This document shows, in pieces, positions 39,128-41,232 of a DNA stretch of 41,232 bases; position 1 is the first letter of the stretch, and each line of letters opens with the position of its first letter. The stretch is from the NCBI GenBank assembly GCA_964468895.1, contig CAYXWT010000002.1, positions 1 to 41,232 on the forward strand, in the 5' to 3' direction. The stretch comes from an uncultured archaeon. Its GTDB lineage: Archaea > Iainarchaeota > Iainarchaeia > Iainarchaeales > CSSED10-239. The translations under genes and the position numbers were made by a program. The notes below the pieces were generated by a model. That model ran no database searches. It saw only the letters and a list, made by a program, of their open reading frames with translations, and had not been told where the DNA came from.

Positions 39128-41232
39128 ATGGTTGTAAAAAAGAAAACTTCTAAAAATAGAAGTAAAGACTTTATTCTTTGGTTTAATGAAATTGGTATAG
39201 AAGATGTTCCGTTAGTTGGTGGTAAGAATGCATCTTTAGGAGAAATGTATTCTAATTTAACAAAAAAAAAAGTAAATGTGCCTAATGGCTTTGCTGTTAC
39301 TGCTTATGCTTATAGATATTTATTAGATAAAGCTGGTATTAAAGATGATATTAAAAGAATTCTAAAAGATTTAGATGTAAATAATTTAGAACAACTTGCA
39401 AAAAAAGGTAGTGAAGTTAGAAGATTAATAAGAAGTGCTAGTTTTCCAAAAGAATTAGAAGAAGAAATTATAAGTTCTTATTATAATTTAGAAAAAAAAG
39501 AAAAAATAAAAGATTTAGATGTTGCTGTTAGAAGTAGTGCAACAGCTGAAGATTTACCTAGCATATCTGAAAACGAGTTTGTTTTATTAAAAATAAATAG
39601 TAGGATAGTTTATGACACAATTAAAAATATTTATAAAACATATGTGCCTATAGGTAATCAAAAAATTGAAGTTCCTTGTATGGATAAAAATGAAATTGTA
39701 TGGTCTAAAATAAGTGATATTTATATACACCCTGCAAAAAACAAAAAATTATATATGATTACCACAGAAACTGGTAAAGAAATAATTATAACAAAAGATC
39801 ATTCTTTAATAGTTTTAGACAACAACACTTTAAAACCAAAAACAATTTCTATAGACCAATTAAAGAAAAATGAATTTTTACCTACTATTAGAAAATTACC
39901 TATTGAAAATTCAAATAAAAAATATATTTCTGTATTAGATTATGTTTTTGGAGATGATGTTGAGCTTATATCTAATAATATTTACATAAAAAATAAATCC
40001 TATAATTGGAATACTCAAAACCCACTATCAAAAGATTTAAAATTAGATGAACTTTTTTCTTATTATTTAGGTGTTTATTGTGCAGAAGGCTGTACATATA
40101 AAACTAATTGTGTTATAATTACAAATTCAGATAAAAAGATAATGTCTAAAATTATTGAATTTTATAAGATGTATAATTTGTATAAAGAAAACAAAATCAA
40201 CAAATTTTCTTTAAGAATTTATTGTAAAACTTTAGTAAGATTTTTACAAGCAACTACTGGAAAGCCATTGCCTAGAAAAGGAAAAGGAAGAGGTTGCGAA
40301 ATTAAACAAGTTCCAGAATTTTTATATACTTCTAGTGATAGTATAATTGGTTCTTTTTTGAAAGGTCTTTTTGATGGAGATGGAACTGTATCAAAATCTG
40401 GTGTTAGTTTAGTATCTAAATCAAAAAAATTAATTGCAGGAGTTTCAAATTTATTATCTATATTGGATTTTGAGTATTATATAAATAGAAAATATTCTTA
40501 TTATAATCTAACAATACCACAAAGATATGCTAAAAAATATAAAGAACAAATTTCTTTTAATAGTACTAAAAAATTTTGTGCATTAAATGAATTAATTAAA
40601 AAATATAGTTCTAAGAGTATACACCCATCTATGAAAAACAATATCTTAATCTCTAAAATACTTTCTACAAAAATAAAAGAAGTATATGATTCTAAATTAA
40701 ATAAAACAAGAGTTAGTGTTGCCTATTGTCCAATTTGTGATAAAACTTTAGATAAAACAAGTAAATATAAAGGTGAAACAAGGTTTTGTTGTAAAAGTTG
40801 TAAAAAAACATTTTATGAAAAGGATGTGGTTTATAAAGAAATTTTAAAATATGTTAATTATGATGAAAAAGGTAGGTTTTTAAAAAATAAAAGTTCTTGG
40901 AATAAAGGTATGATGTCTAAATCTATTTCTCAGGAAAATTTGATTAAATTATTAAAGGAATTTGATTTGCAGAAATATGTGCAGTTTATAGATAGTAATA
41001 TTCTTTGGGATAAAATAAAAAAAATTGAAACAATTAATTATACAGGTAATGTTTATGATTTTACTGTTCCTAATATTGAAAATTTTAATTCAGGATTTGG
41101 AAATATTATAACTCATAATAGTGCATCTTTTGCTGGACAGCAAGAAACTTATTTAAATGTAAGAGGACCTGATGAACTAATTGATGCTTGTAGAAAATGC
41201 TTTGCTTCACTTTTTACAAATAGAGCTATAAG
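39128..41232 (+). CDS. ppsA: phosphoenolpyruvate synthase (pyruvate, water dikinase) precursor, intein-containing; truncated by the window end
   Basis: N-terminus [15 protein letters not shown]...[23 protein letters not shown] is followed by the intein, and [37 protein letters not shown] resumes after it. These match the PpsA N-terminal ATP-grasp region (E. coli [25 protein letters not shown]). Confidence 0.85.
   Translation, partial: [701 protein letters not shown]
39560..41119 (+). mobile_element. intein (520 aa) with LAGLIDADG homing endonuclease in ppsA
   Basis: Begins [10 protein letters not shown] (Ser1, block A). Ends GNIITHN followed by Ser+1. LAGLIDADG-type motifs [13 protein letters not shown] and [12 protein letters not shown]. 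The flanking exteins form a contiguous conserved PpsA sequence. Confidence 0.75.

Noticed and set aside
1-41232. CRISPR arrays, rRNA genes, transposase/IS elements
   Set aside because: No regularly spaced direct repeats, no rRNA-like GC-rich structured stretches, and no transposase-like ORFs or terminal inverted repeats were seen. The only palindrome of note (2395–2416) fits a TA operator rather than IS ends.

Overview
The window is very AT-rich, coding-dense and almost certainly archaeal. The diagnostic genes are ribosomal protein L44e, the chromatin protein Alba, the archaea-specific GatD/GatE amidotransferase pair, a eukaryote/archaeal-type TrpRS, an XPD/Rad3 helicase, and a tRNA-Gln with an A1:U72 pair and no encoded CCA. 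Two LAGLIDADG inteins are present, one in the P-loop of a HerA/FtsK-like ATPase and one in PEP synthase. The low GC, small Lys/Asn-rich proteins and a decayed liv ABC transporter point to a reduced-genome (DPANN-like) archaeon. This lineage call is inference only.

Housekeeping genes are trxB-like, sufS-like, nth, dut, tldD/pmbA, a stomatin/SPFH protein, gatD/gatE, trpS, xpd and ppsA (truncated at the window end).

Accessory content:
- A RHH–RelE toxin-antitoxin pair with a perfect 22-bp palindromic operator.
- A cell-envelope cluster: an LtaS/sulfatase-family membrane protein, a DHH phosphoesterase, a processive GT2 with a QRFRW motif, and a GtrA-like protein.
- An Ntn-hydrolase next to a flavodoxin-ferredoxin fusion.

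The most interesting locus is a divergent module at about 3.7–8.5 kb. It holds an intein-interrupted DUF87/HerA-like ATPase, an adjacent polytopic membrane protein, and a pilin-like surface protein with an N-terminal signal-anchor TM and a C-terminal FGE-sulfatase/DUF1566-type lectin-fold domain. A second, longer paralog of that surface protein lies at about 36.9–38.9 kb. It is broken by an A-homopolymer frameshift and an in-frame TAA.

Three independent homopolymer-tract frameshifts occur in the window: livF-like, the pilin paralog, and a membrane ORF. They are either long-read assembly errors or real slippage or decay.

All family assignments rest on motif recognition by eye; no database search was run. 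Coordinates derived from my own line-counting (tRNA, palindrome, hairpin, motifs) may be off by 1–2 nt.
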